From the NCBI GenBank assembly GCA_964187785.1, contig OZ076409.1:79176001-79240000 (forward strand): a DNA stretch of 64,000 nt, written 5' to 3'. How positions within the stretch are numbered: the first letter of the stretch is position 1; the number at the start of each line of letters is the position of its first letter. Both the position numbers and the translations under genes were made by a program. This DNA is from Amphiscolops sp. MND2022. Taxonomy: Eukaryota. Positions 49,843 through 60,547 of the stretch are shown in pieces. The notes beneath the pieces were generated by a model. That model was not told the DNA's origin, made no database searches, and was given only the letters and a program-made list of their open reading frames with translations.

Positions 49843-51521
49843 TCTTTCGACGAGGATTGTTGGTTTCTTTCGATTCTGGGTCTGATTGGCTTTTTAGCTC
49901 GCTTGTATTCTTCTATAACTTTCTTTTGGGCTTCAGTTAGGTTCCATTTTGGTGGTCTATTATCCATATTGGCACCAAAATAGCAGTCTTCTTCTTCATG
50001 TCCCGGAGTTTTGCAATTGGGACATTTAGGTGCATCCGGGTCTTCTTCTAGTTTTCGTCTTTTAGCTAATTTAGGACAGTCAGTCATCATGTGGCTGGCA
50101 TCTTTGCAGTAGCGACATTGGTCATTTTTGAGTGTTTTGTCGGGTACTGTTTTCGGAGTTTGTTTTTTGGTTTTGTCAACTTGTTTTTTGTTGGTTTTTT
50201 CAGTGTTTTGTTCTTTTTTGGTAACGGTCATCTGAGTTTTGACGAGGGCTTCGTCGGCCTCTAGACCATTAAGTTCCATCTCTCTTTCAAGATGTTTGAC
50301 AATTTGGTCATAAGAGCCATTTTCCAGATAGGCTTGGTTGATGGATTTTTTAAGATGCGGTGGCATCTTGGCGTAGAGTAGATTCTCTATCATATGGTGT
50401 GCATTGTCACCGAAAGCTTTTTCTGCGCTTTCTTGTAAATCCTCAAGAAAATCAGGTAGCTTTTGGTTTTCTGGATCAAATGTTAGTCGGTGAAATCTAT
50501 GTTTTGCCGAAGCACTTGATTCTGGTTTGACGTACTTTCGGCGGAAAACTTTTAGGATGTCTTCCAGTGTTGTTGTGGGTGTTCTCTGGATGTTTTTGAA
50601 GGTTTTTAACGCCAATCCTCTGAGATGTGCATGAAAGTGGTTGATCTTCATTTCTTCGGTGAGATTTGGCTGCATTTTGAGGGTTGTGTGGAATAAGTCC
50701 TCGAAATATTCGAATTTTTCATTTTTTTCGGTTTTTCCATTGAATGTGAGTGTGTTTTTAGGGTGAAATAGGGATTGTTGTGAGTTTTTATTGGCTAGTT
50801 TTTCTATAGCCTGGGCAATTTGGTTGACCGGGTCAAGTGGTTTTGTTGTGGATGTTGAAGTGTTGCGGTCTGCGTGGGATCCTAAGGTGTCGTTTAGAAG
50901 TTGGGTGTTTTGAGAGCTTTGTCTATGGAGTGGTTTGTTGGCTCCTGTCACCATGTGATAATCCTCCTCATCGGATTCTTCGTTAAAAATAACTGTTGCA
51001 TCTAATGTTGTATCATTTTGGTGTATAGGTTTAGCGGGATGCCTTAAATCTCTCATTTCTGAGGCTTTGAGGGGGATATCTTCGTTTTCAGAGTCTATAC
51101 TTTCGTAATCAGATGCGTTTACTCCCATAGACCTTTTACCCTTGGATCCCGATGGTTGCATGTTTTCTATTTCATTCATCTCTGATCTAGGATTGGTTGC
51201 CATAGATGTGCTTTTACTGGTTTTTATCTCCATCAGAATCGCATCTAATTTGTTCTCCATTTCTTCTCTCATTTTAGTGATTCTATCGTTGTTTTTCTGT
51301 TCAAAAATCTCAGTCCAAGCTTGAATTTCATTACTGACTTGGCTGGGTTCGACTAGTCTGGGTCTCAAATCAGTTTCACCTAAACTTTCTTGACTTTGTA
51401 AATTAACATTAGTTAAAGTTTCATTACCTTGACTTGGAGTTTCTATGCGTACTTCGCCTGCCTCTCTCTCTGGGGACGGAGTTTCTAACCTTCTGGACCT
51501 TCGATTTCTTCTATTTCCCAT
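49833..51521 (-). CDS. gag: Gag of B (first ATG at 51521, MGNRRNRR...)
   Basis: TFNGKTEKNEKFEYFEDLF; knuckles CRYCKDASHMMTDC and CPNCKTPGHEEEDC; homologous to A gag. Confidence 0.93.
   Translation of the reverse strand: MGNRRNRRSRRLETPSPEREAGEVRIETPSQGNETLTNVNLQSQESLGETDLRPRLVEPSQVSNEIQAWTEIFEQKNNDRITKMREEMENKLDAILMEIKTSKSTSMATNPRSEMNEIENMQPSGSKGKRSMGVNASDYESIDSENEDIPLKASEMRDLRHPAKPIHQNDTTLDATVIFNEESDEEDYHMVTGANKPLHRQSSQNTQLLNDTLGSHADRNTSTSTTKPLDPVNQIAQAIEKLANKNSQQSLFHPKNTLTFNGKTEKNEKFEYFEDLFHTTLKMQPNLTEEMKINHFHAHLRGLALKTFKNIQRTPTTTLEDILKVFRRKYVKPESSASAKHRFHRLTFDPENQKLPDFLEDLQESAEKAFGDNAHHMIENLLYAKMPPHLKKSINQAYLENGSYDQIVKHLEREMELNGLEADEALVKTQMTVTKKEQNTEKTNKKQVDKTKKQTPKTVPDKTLKNDQCRYCKDASHMMTDCPKLAKRRKLEEDPDAPKCPNCKTPGHEEEDCYFGANMDNRPPKWNLTEAQKKVIEEYKRAKKPIRPRIERNQQSSSKDLN
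50942..50953 (-). promoter_or_regulatory. Primer-binding site TGGTGACAGGAG of B
   Basis: Directly after the LTR-terminal CA; same 12-mer as in A. Confidence 0.82.
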
Positions 51522-52394
51522 CTTGCTCGAGAGGAAAATTGGGTTGAGGTGCAGAAAGAATTTGAATTTTTTCTTCAATGTTGTGAAAACAATTCAGGTG
51601 AAACAAAGAGTTATCAAGGAAACTGCTTTTACAGTGTTTGGGTTTACTGTTACAGAGCAACTGTCTTTGGTACCAGTTATATTTCAACTGAAGTAAACTG
51701 CACTTTTACAAATGAAAAAATCACAAAGCATGACACTCAATTTTAGGGTTGTCATCAATCCAAAAATACTCTAAATAGACTTACGTCAGGGTGACGTAAT
51801 TCTATTTATAACTTACAAATAGTAATTGCATGACTTCCAATAATCTAACTATGCTAAAGCAACAAGTCCCTGGGAAACCGCTGAATGCCGCACATACGTC
51901 ATTCGGTTTTCCGCATAGTGACATATGATCAAAGCTTATTAAAAGCACCAATAAAACATGTTATAAGTTAGAATCCGCATGGTACCGCATATGCGTTACC
52001 CGGATTACCGCATAATGACGCATACTCATCGTTACTAAACTCACACAGTAAAGTGTCAATGGCTTTATGTTCACAAAATTAGTTCAGAAAAGACGTCACG
52101 TTATTCTAGCTCCGAAGTTAATGAGTGCATATGTTCATTCATGTCAACAAAATGAAAGCATCAATGTTTAAGGCATTTGTCAAAACATAAACATCAAACA
52201 ATAAGATTAAAGAGTTTGCATGACATTTTCAAGGTATCAACTGAAAGTTAAATCAACATAAATAACAAAAGGAAGTTAAGAGTGTTTAAGAGTTTCAAGT
52301 CCTCGAGTTGTTTTAGGGTTCTTTTGGAGATGACTAAGTATTCTCGTTTAGGGTTGTTGCCCAACAGCTCCAGCACAACTGTGGGGTTGTGACA
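50954..52394 (-). repeat. 5' LTR of B
   Basis: Matches 36692-38132; PBS abuts it. Confidence 0.95.
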
Positions 52395-54814
52395 ACCACT
52401 AGAACCGAAATGATAGCACCCGCAATCAAGTGATAATTTGCATGGTTTTAAACATTCTTTTGTTTCGACAAAAATATGTATTAAGGATCATCGATTATCG
52501 TTCTTGGCATTGAAGTATTAGACAATTATTATTTTCCGCCCATATTTCATACGAGAAGGAAATATTTAAATAAACCGCGTTTTTTTTCCAAAATATGCCT
52601 CGTTCCAATGCTATATCAAAACAGAAGGGTGTCACCCATAGAAATCAACTAAGAAAAAGTTAGTTTCAGGTATTCGAAGATAGGTATTCGATAGGTATTC
52701 GAAGAGTTTTTTGGACTTTTTGTTTGACCCCAAAAACGACATCAAAATCAGCCAAAATGATCAACAAGAATGACCCAAAAATGACCTTTGAATCGAAAAC
52801 AGCCTCGAATTGAAACCTATTTTAACAAAAATTCCAAAAATCCTGATTTATTACGTTTCTATGCAATTTCTGTCAAATTTACTGTAGAATTCGGGGTTTG
52901 GAAAGTTAAAAACTGGCAACAAAAAACAAATTCGTAGTCCCAGAGACTTTTTGGAGGAAATGAATGCACTTTTTGAAAACAGAAATGCTTCAAACTGAGA
53001 TCCAATTGGCAAAATATCCAGAAGCTTCCGAGTTTTTACGTTTCTATGCAATTTTCGTTAGACGTCGTGGAATGTAATGTTAAACAAGTTCGACACTAGC
53101 CTTTTGTGAAGACATAAATGCTATTGTTTGACAGAAAACGCGTTGCCCTCAGATTGACCCCGAAAATAGCGAAAAGACTAAGAGTTTACAAAATTCAAAG
53201 ACGAAAGAACAAACTATAAACTAGTTATTTTGATGAAAAATTTGGAGTGCCTCCAAACGAAAAATTTCTCAAAGAATTTTGTTGTTCTTCTCAACGACTT
53301 TTGAGGAAATTTTTGGAACCTTTTTGAAACGTTAGAACTTTGAAAACGTTCAAACCAACTGAAATTATTATCCAGTAGATTTTTTCAAGAGAATTTCTTA
53401 AGACTCATGTCGGAAAATTCCTCGAATGGACTCGAAAAAAGTCGAAAATATACGTTTTGACACTTTTCTGAAAATTTTGTGCAATTTTGGATAATTATTT
53501 AATTATTCGTAGATTAAAAAGTTTGAAATGCTGCAAACAAAAACTCTAGCCAAGCAGTGTACGCTTTTCATACAAAATTCGACAATTCTCTAGGTTGAAC
53601 GAAGCCACAGATTGAACAAAACTGTCAAAAAGCTTGAACTTTTCTGTAACGTTTAGTTGTTTTAATTCTGCATTTTTTCAAAAATTTCAAAATTTAAAAG
53701 TTGATTATTTTGAAAATTTTCATTGTTAATTTGTTAAAATTTTCAGAGGTTTAACGTGTTGTAATATTGAAACTATCAACAACGAATAAATGCGTTACAA
53801 AGTGGGCTTCTTGGAAAAAATGTACTGTTTCTTGGTAGAAAAATACCGCGTGGTGACCCCCTATCAACTTCAATTTCTTGTTGGAATCAGCCTCAAAACT
53901 ATCTCAAAATAACATTAAAGTTCATTTTATTGACAAATTAATGCCAAGTTCCAACCAATTCCATCAATTTTCAAGAATGGAACTTCCATTTACCTGACCA
54001 TTGAAACAATAGGCCAAAATTTCTCATTTATCGACAACATGCTCCCAACTTACGAATGTTTTTCTAAAATAGAAAATCGACAGGCTCATGGTCAGAACAT
54101 GTAGCCACCAGCACGGGCTTCGAAAAGATATCGAACTACTGCAAAAAGAAAGTGCTGAATTTTAAAAAAAATGCTCAAAAACGTGAAAAATTCGACCTTT
54201 TTGTGAAACTTGAGTTATTCATTAAAATCCGAACGAAATAACTACCTACGCAGTACACCTTTCAAAGAAATATTTTGCAGTCTGGCAGGTAAAAAACATC
54301 CGAATCACCGCCAAAAATGCAAAATGTAAGAAGTTTTCATCCATTACCAGTTTTTTTGGTGTTTTGCAACTGAATGGATGATGAAAAAGCCTAAAGGGCC
54401 CCTTCTACATTTTTCGGCACTATAAGACTGTTAAAAACTCTCATTTTTAGTTTTTTTGGAAAATTTATAATTTTTTCCGAAATTTTTCAATGTCTCCAAA
54501 GGGTTGCTCCTTCATTTTTTGATATTTTGCAACAAACTGGATTTTCAAAACGCCCAAAGAGTCCCCCCCTTCTAAAATTTTAAAAACTTTGCGCTTTTTG
54601 AGCTTTGGATATGGCGCCGACTTTAGACGTTCCCGTCTTGTTCAGTTTGGTTTCAACTTCTAAATGCTCTGATGAGGCCCCTGTGCTATTTTGGTCTTTA
54701 TGAATTTCGGTCCTCAACCCATTGTTGTGCTCTACATGACTTATGTCTGGTTTTTTTAGAATTCCTCCCTAGGACCTTTCATCGATGCCATATGCTTAGG
54801 TTGTTTCAAGATAA

Positions 54815-55540
54815 TGTAACGTCAAGCTAGCAGCTACATTCCAGAACTGGGACAATGCCCAGGTTGCCTTAACAAGAGACCAATGTCTTATAACAACCTA
54901 AACATTAGTTTTTGGTCCCAAATGGTCTCTGCAGGGACTTTTCCAAGACGCCGAGGAGACTCCTCATATTAGAGCTCCGTGGCGACGTGCCGGCACACTC
55001 AAAGTCCGGACACGTCCCACAAGCACGTAAAAACGGTCCTAAAGGCTTCCTGCGATCCTACATACCTCCGAGGTCCGAAAACTGGGGTTTTAGTCCATAC
55101 TCATTTTATTGGGGAAACATTCTCTAAAGTACCAATTACAGGGATCTAGCAGATCCAGTATCACCACACATCTGTAAATCAATATTAACAACATCAGAAA
55201 TAATCAAAATAAACACTTCTGACATATTTCCACTGATTCTGCGGTTTTCTTCATGTTCTTCAAGCATGGGATATATGGATTCTGGATCATTTCCTCATTT
55301 GAAACCTGCAAATACTGGGTGAGATGACACAATTCCGGGTTTTTCCGTGTCTATTCATGGTGGGGCGTCTCTTCTCTTCCTCTCCTGGGTCGGGGGCGTG
55401 TGGGTTGGGGCTTCTTGGGAGGGTTTTTTGTTCTTCTGTACGTCCTTTTTGATTTCAACGACCTGCTAGGTCGGCCATTTTGATTCGCACCTTTTCGACT
55501 TTTTGAACGAAATTTTGGTACTTTACTGGTGGACGTTACA
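54815..55540 (-). repeat. Putative 3' LTR of C (726 bp)
   Basis: Perfect 9-bp inverted termini TGTAACGTC...GACGTTACA, preceded on the minus strand by PPT GGGGAGGA (55541-55548). Second LTR not in window. Confidence 0.8.
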
Positions 55541-56031
55541 TCCTCCCCGGGCCGTTGTTTGTCGTCCTCGGCAAACGGAGATGGGTGCCTCACTACTTAC
55601 TTAATGTTTTTAGCAACGTCATTTCAGTTTTTTCTCTAAGTTACTGCTTCAAAATTTCAACTTAGCACTTCTTGATCTAGCACTTTTTTGGTTTTGAGGC
55701 GCTAAAATTCAGTTTCTCTAAAAACTCTTTTCATTCGTTCATTTCAAGCTAGTTAAAAACTTCTTTTCAGGGGGTGGTTGCACTTTTGCGACACCAACCA
55801 GTAAAATTAAGACTAGTTTCTACTAAAATTTTATTTGCACTTTCTTCATTGGACAGTGGGTAGGCATCTAACTGGGATCAATCTACCTACCAGGTAGTTA
55901 CAAGTAGTTGCTTCATTTTGATTTTAGCTTGGTTCATACTAAAATAGTACATAATTTTAGAGATTGCACTAGGGTAAGAGTTGTTTTGGTCGGTTTGATT
56001 TAGTTTGATTCATTGAGTTCCGTATTTCTTT

Positions 56032-59000
56032 CTATTCGTGGCCAGCTTGATTCATTGCAACATCCTGTTCTTGCAGTACTTCGTTCAATGATGCAGTTAA
56101 CACGTCCGATTGTGGTAGATCTTGTTGGTCGAGACTAGGGAGTTCATTCAATTCCAGTTCGATATCTGCTTCTTGTATTTGAGAGAGGGATCCATGTCTA
56201 TCTTCCAGATTGTTTTGTAGCTGTGTAGTATCGTCAGATTGAGTGATAGTGATGTTGTCGGTCATCTGGGTAATCTGGTTGGCATTGCTGGTCGATATGT
56301 TTGTCGTAGTTGCTGCTGCAGTCTGCACGGTGTTGACTGAACTCGTGGTAGATACTGCCGAAGTCGTGCTGCCACCGGCAGAAACCTCCTCGTGTCTCGC
56401 TGCCTGTTCTGTGGTCGAGCCCGCTGGGCGTAATTTTGGCAGCTGATCTGCGAGGTCTAGATGTCCGTATTTCATAAACATCTCTCTGTAGGTTTGTATT
56501 GCAATCAAGTAACTAGCATAAACTGAATTGCCTTCTTCTTTTTGCTTGGGTATTAGGTTCATGAATATTTCCATTGCCATTTTTGGATTGTTTGGCACCT
56601 CGTCGCTAATGGGTAGTATCTTGCGACTAGGTTCTTTGGCGATCTTCGGTGTGATTGCCTTTAAGGTTTGATAGTTTTTGTGAACTGTACAATCAATCAT
56701 TGGAGGGTTTGCCCAGCACGTGGTGCTAGATAGGATCGTAGCGGTGTCAGGCTGGGGTTCTGTTCTGGGATTATACATTCGTGACGTGTCTCTGACAGTT
56801 CTATGTCGAAGTTGCTCCAATGTTGAGCCTTTCCTTCTTCCACCTAGTCGTTGTATGGCGTTGGATAGTGCTCTCAGGATTCCTGGCTCATCCCAGCTGG
56901 TAAAGTCCTGCACGGTTCCTGTGTTGGGCTTTATAGGTACGTGTAGCCATTCCACCGGGTGGAATTCTAGTGACATAGGTACAGCGCACCGCGCTCTGGC
57001 TCGGATCAGGGTAACAAAGTTGTGTTCAACTTGTTTTCGGTCTTTGATGACTGTGTACGCCATTGGGGGTCGGAAGTTTGCGAAGCTGCGCACAAGCGTG
57101 TGGAGGTCTGGTAGCCTCGTATCATCCTCAGGATCCACAAAGTGTAGGATCGACAATGTGGGTGTGCTGGCAGCAACTCTGAGTGGCTGTGTTGGATAAC
57201 GCAGCGCCATCATGGAGCCAAATATGGGCCAGACTATGGGGGCAATCACAGGGACTAGGTCTTCCGTTTCTACTAGCATTAAGCTAGCTACCTGTGACGG
57301 GAAGAGAAAACCTGGCAGGTTTTTATTATTGCGATTTTGACTCGATGAATCATCCAAGGTGCTCATCACACCCGAGACATTGACCCAAGTTGAGTAGACC
57401 CAAGTTAACATCGTCTCTATGTTCTCGGCAAGTTGGGCGCGCAATTTCAAAGCGCCTGCAGGATCCAACGTATTCAGGATGGCACTGACCCAATTTCTCT
57501 GGTTCTTTGCGAATATCAGGAAACTAAATAAGTAGGTGTTGGCTTTCTCTAGAATCAGTTTGTGCACCAAGTGTACTGGGCCTTTGTAGAAGGAGCCTAG
57601 GCCAACGGCCATTAAGTAGGCCAGAATCTCGCTAATTGTGGCCCTCTGCATTGCTTCTACGTACAATTTGATTTGCTGCTCGTCCAGGCTGCTTTCACTT
57701 TGCACCATTGTAGGTACCCAAAACGGTGATATATTATAAAGAAAAATAGGAAAGGGAATTCCATGGCGTTCAGCTACTTCTGCTAGAGTTTCTTGCAGCT
57801 TCTCATGCCAAGACTGATAAGAATGCTCTGAGTTGGTACGATTTTCTCGTGCTATTTTTCGGGCTAGTACTGTTAATAGCACCAGGGTTGGAGAGACCAT
57901 GCTGGGTTTAGAGTCAACGGCTTGTGTTGCGACTGGGAAGACTGTTGCGTTAGTTCTAGCCTGCTTAATCTCTTCGGTTCTCTTGAAGAGAGCTACCAGC
58001 TCTTTGTGGAACTTCGCGTCGTGTGTCTTTTCATCTAGGGTCGACTCATCTCTCTTTTCAAACCATCCGTTATCGATCATGTTTGACTTTTCCTTTTCAT
58101 TTGGTTCTTTGACTTGGCGTACTCCGTTCTCGTCGGTGCGGTGTGCCATTTGCATACCAAAGTCGAAGGCTGTTGCATCATCGGCTAACAATTGAGAGTT
58201 TCCCTGATATCCTGTGTAGGCTTGCACGGCTTTCGAGATTTCTGCCAAGAATGCAGGGTAAGAGTTCTCGCAGGGACGCCAGGTCAAGGCGCTAATTCTC
58301 AGGTTTGGGGCTACGATATGAAAGTACAGGTTCTGGGCGTACGCTGCTTCCGAAACTAGATACAGAAATTGTTGAAGTGGCTTTGATAGTAGTACATATC
58401 CAGGGGGTGATACAAAGATCACACCTATAGTAGGTTTCTTTTTCTGGACATGTCTGATTACGGTCCTCATTGCTTCAACATATGCAACTACTTCGCCGGT
58501 CATCAATTCCTCTGTCAATCTGTGGTTGCCTCCTTCGAAATACTTCAATGTTGCTCGAAAGGCTAAGTGAGCAATCACGTTGCTGTAAATTAATAGTGGA
58601 GGAAAAGGAATGGTTTCTGTGTGGTTTACGGCGGGACTAAAGACCTTGCAGGTCACCTCGGTCATTTCTTCTAACGACGTGCAGGGCAGGTTCATCACGC
58701 GAACATCCATCAGGGTGTTGTTCATATTCGCCGTTGCCTTCATCGTTGAATCCATGAGCAGGGCAATCCTTGTCTTCTGTAACATTTCTTTGCCCATGGG
58801 GAGCAATGTTGTCACGTCCCTCATGAAATCTCTGCTTTTCAGCAGTTGGTCGTCATATCTTGCTGGTCGTTGTACTGACAGTTTTACCTTTGACGGTAGT
58901 GGCTTTACGAGTGACGATTTGTCTTTGTGAAGACCTTCTCTCACTCTCTCGAACCATGGAGGAATGCGGTCTAACAAGAGTGTTGGCTTTTTCACGGGTC

Positions 59001-60348
59001 TCAAGTAGTGCATTCCAATCGATGCTTTTTCTAGGTTCTTCACATCCTCTGGATTGCCTTTGCTGGTGGCGGTATCGAATTTTTGCACGTCCAAATCTGA
59101 GTCTGGATTTCCTGACTTGACTTCTCTCTGCAGGCGCGCCGCGTCTCTTGCAGTAATGTCGTACTGCCGTGCCTCTGTCTGCGACAAGAGTTCATTAGAA
59201 AATCGCACTCTTCTAGCCTCCGGCTGTTGTATGGGAGAGGGATTCGGGCTTGAGTTTGTTGCATCTGCATTGGCCAAATCTCTGGCTCTTTTCTTTTGGG
59301 CCAGTTGCTCGATCTTGTTCTGCTCCTTTTTGTTTAGCACATCTCGGAGGTCGATGGGGGCCTTGGCTGTTTGTCTCTCTGCTTTCTCTTGCTCCTTTTG
59401 TTGTTCGTGCAAGTCAGGATCGGTTTGGAAACCTATTAGGTGTTGAGGGTCCGACGACGTTGAGGGTAATAAGGCGTCATATGAGTCTAGAGACCCGATC
59501 ACCTCTGTCATAATGGGTACGTCGAATGGATTTCGCATCGTTATGACTCTCGGTTTCTGGCTCATCCTTGTATTTTCGGTGGTGTTGTCGGTATTCTGTG
59601 CATTCGTGCGCGCTTCATTTGCTTCTTCTACCCCTTCCCCCCTGAAAGATGAAGGGAGCATGAGTCCAATGTTGGTGTCCTCTAAGCGTCTAACACTGAT
59701 TGAGCTTGATGGTGGTGGCGACGATAGCATTGGTGATGGCGTCGTGGGTAGAATACAGACAAATTGCTGTGTAGCTGTTGGTTGAGTTGGCAGATTGTCT
59801 ATGGCACTTTCGGGAGCAGTGATTGGTGTCGCTACGGATATTTGCGATGGATTTGGTCGCATTTGCTGTTGCTCCATGGAGGGCCAATTAGGTTCATTGT
59901 AAGGCAGACTTGATCTATGGTCATCGAAGTGATGAGTGAGGTCATGGCCCTGCCATGTTCCATTGTGGAGTTTGGCTGTGCGGCAGTATGAGCCAATTCC
60001 AATGGAGATGGACAGCGTGAAGTCCGGGTGTGTTTGCAGAGTCTGCAGTTGAGCGGTCAGCATAGCTATTCCGGTGGCTAGTGTTGGCGAGACGTCTAGT
60101 TGAGCGTTCGTCTGGGTGAGACCAAGCTGGTCGGTTCGAGTTTGGGGCTCTGCGACAGGCAGCGAGGACGAGGAAGATACTGGCCTGGGTGGACATGGAA
60201 GTCGGCTTCGGGATGATTGATCCATCAGAGAAAATGGTAGCACCTTTAATGGAGTGTGGTTGTTTACAAACTGCAAATTATCAGTAGTAGTGCTGGTGGT
60301 GTCGCGTGCTGGCGAACAGGCAGGACTGAACTGAAAAACAACCAGCAT
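56032..60348 (-). CDS. Large accessory ORF of C (1438 aa) with an SGNH/GDSL-like segment
   Basis: Intact ORF between pol and the 3' LTR; IALLMDST...VMNLPCTSLEEM...PPLLIYSN...VIFVSPP pattern. Confidence 0.75.
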   Translation of the reverse strand: MLVVFQFSPACSPARDTTSTTTDNLQFVNNHTPLKVLPFSLMDQSSRSRLPCPPRPVSSSSSLPVAEPQTRTDQLGLTQTNAQLDVSPTLATGIAMLTAQLQTLQTHPDFTLSISIGIGSYCRTAKLHNGTWQGHDLTHHFDDHRSSLPYNEPNWPSMEQQQMRPNPSQISVATPITAPESAIDNLPTQPTATQQFVCILPTTPSPMLSSPPPSSSISVRRLEDTNIGLMLPSSFRGEGVEEANEARTNAQNTDNTTENTRMSQKPRVITMRNPFDVPIMTEVIGSLDSYDALLPSTSSDPQHLIGFQTDPDLHEQQKEQEKAERQTAKAPIDLRDVLNKKEQNKIEQLAQKKRARDLANADATNSSPNPSPIQQPEARRVRFSNELLSQTEARQYDITARDAARLQREVKSGNPDSDLDVQKFDTATSKGNPEDVKNLEKASIGMHYLRPVKKPTLLLDRIPPWFERVREGLHKDKSSLVKPLPSKVKLSVQRPARYDDQLLKSRDFMRDVTTLLPMGKEMLQKTRIALLMDSTMKATANMNNTLMDVRVMNLPCTSLEEMTEVTCKVFSPAVNHTETIPFPPLLIYSNVIAHLAFRATLKYFEGGNHRLTEELMTGEVVAYVEAMRTVIRHVQKKKPTIGVIFVSPPGYVLLSKPLQQFLYLVSEAAYAQNLYFHIVAPNLRISALTWRPCENSYPAFLAEISKAVQAYTGYQGNSQLLADDATAFDFGMQMAHRTDENGVRQVKEPNEKEKSNMIDNGWFEKRDESTLDEKTHDAKFHKELVALFKRTEEIKQARTNATVFPVATQAVDSKPSMVSPTLVLLTVLARKIARENRTNSEHSYQSWHEKLQETLAEVAERHGIPFPIFLYNISPFWVPTMVQSESSLDEQQIKLYVEAMQRATISEILAYLMAVGLGSFYKGPVHLVHKLILEKANTYLFSFLIFAKNQRNWVSAILNTLDPAGALKLRAQLAENIETMLTWVYSTWVNVSGVMSTLDDSSSQNRNNKNLPGFLFPSQVASLMLVETEDLVPVIAPIVWPIFGSMMALRYPTQPLRVAASTPTLSILHFVDPEDDTRLPDLHTLVRSFANFRPPMAYTVIKDRKQVEHNFVTLIRARARCAVPMSLEFHPVEWLHVPIKPNTGTVQDFTSWDEPGILRALSNAIQRLGGRRKGSTLEQLRHRTVRDTSRMYNPRTEPQPDTATILSSTTCWANPPMIDCTVHKNYQTLKAITPKIAKEPSRKILPISDEVPNNPKMAMEIFMNLIPKQKEEGNSVYASYLIAIQTYREMFMKYGHLDLADQLPKLRPAGSTTEQAARHEEVSAGGSTTSAVSTTSSVNTVQTAAATTTNISTSNANQITQMTDNITITQSDDTTQLQNNLEDRHGSLSQIQEADIELELNELPSLDQQDLPQSDVLTASLNEVLQEQDVAMNQAGHE

Positions 60349-60547
60349 TGATTTAGGCTAAAAAGATATTTTCACATGAACGCAAGAAGGAATACACGGT
60401 ATACAATTGACCTAGTAAAAACACTTAACAAAGACAGATTCAGCGGTCTTCATTAAAATTAGTTTCCAACATTGGTTAAAACAAAATGTAGGTTAAAAAG
60501 GAAGGCAATTAGCCTTTCAAGTGGCTATCTTTTGGTGCCACTGCGAT

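Larger units (their letters stand above)
36692..52394 (-). mobile_element. Complete Ty3/Gypsy LTR retrotransposon B (15,703 bp)
   Basis: 1441-bp LTRs with TGT...ACA ends; 5-bp TSD ACCAC at 36687-36691 and 52395-52399; gag and pol present. Confidence 0.97.
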
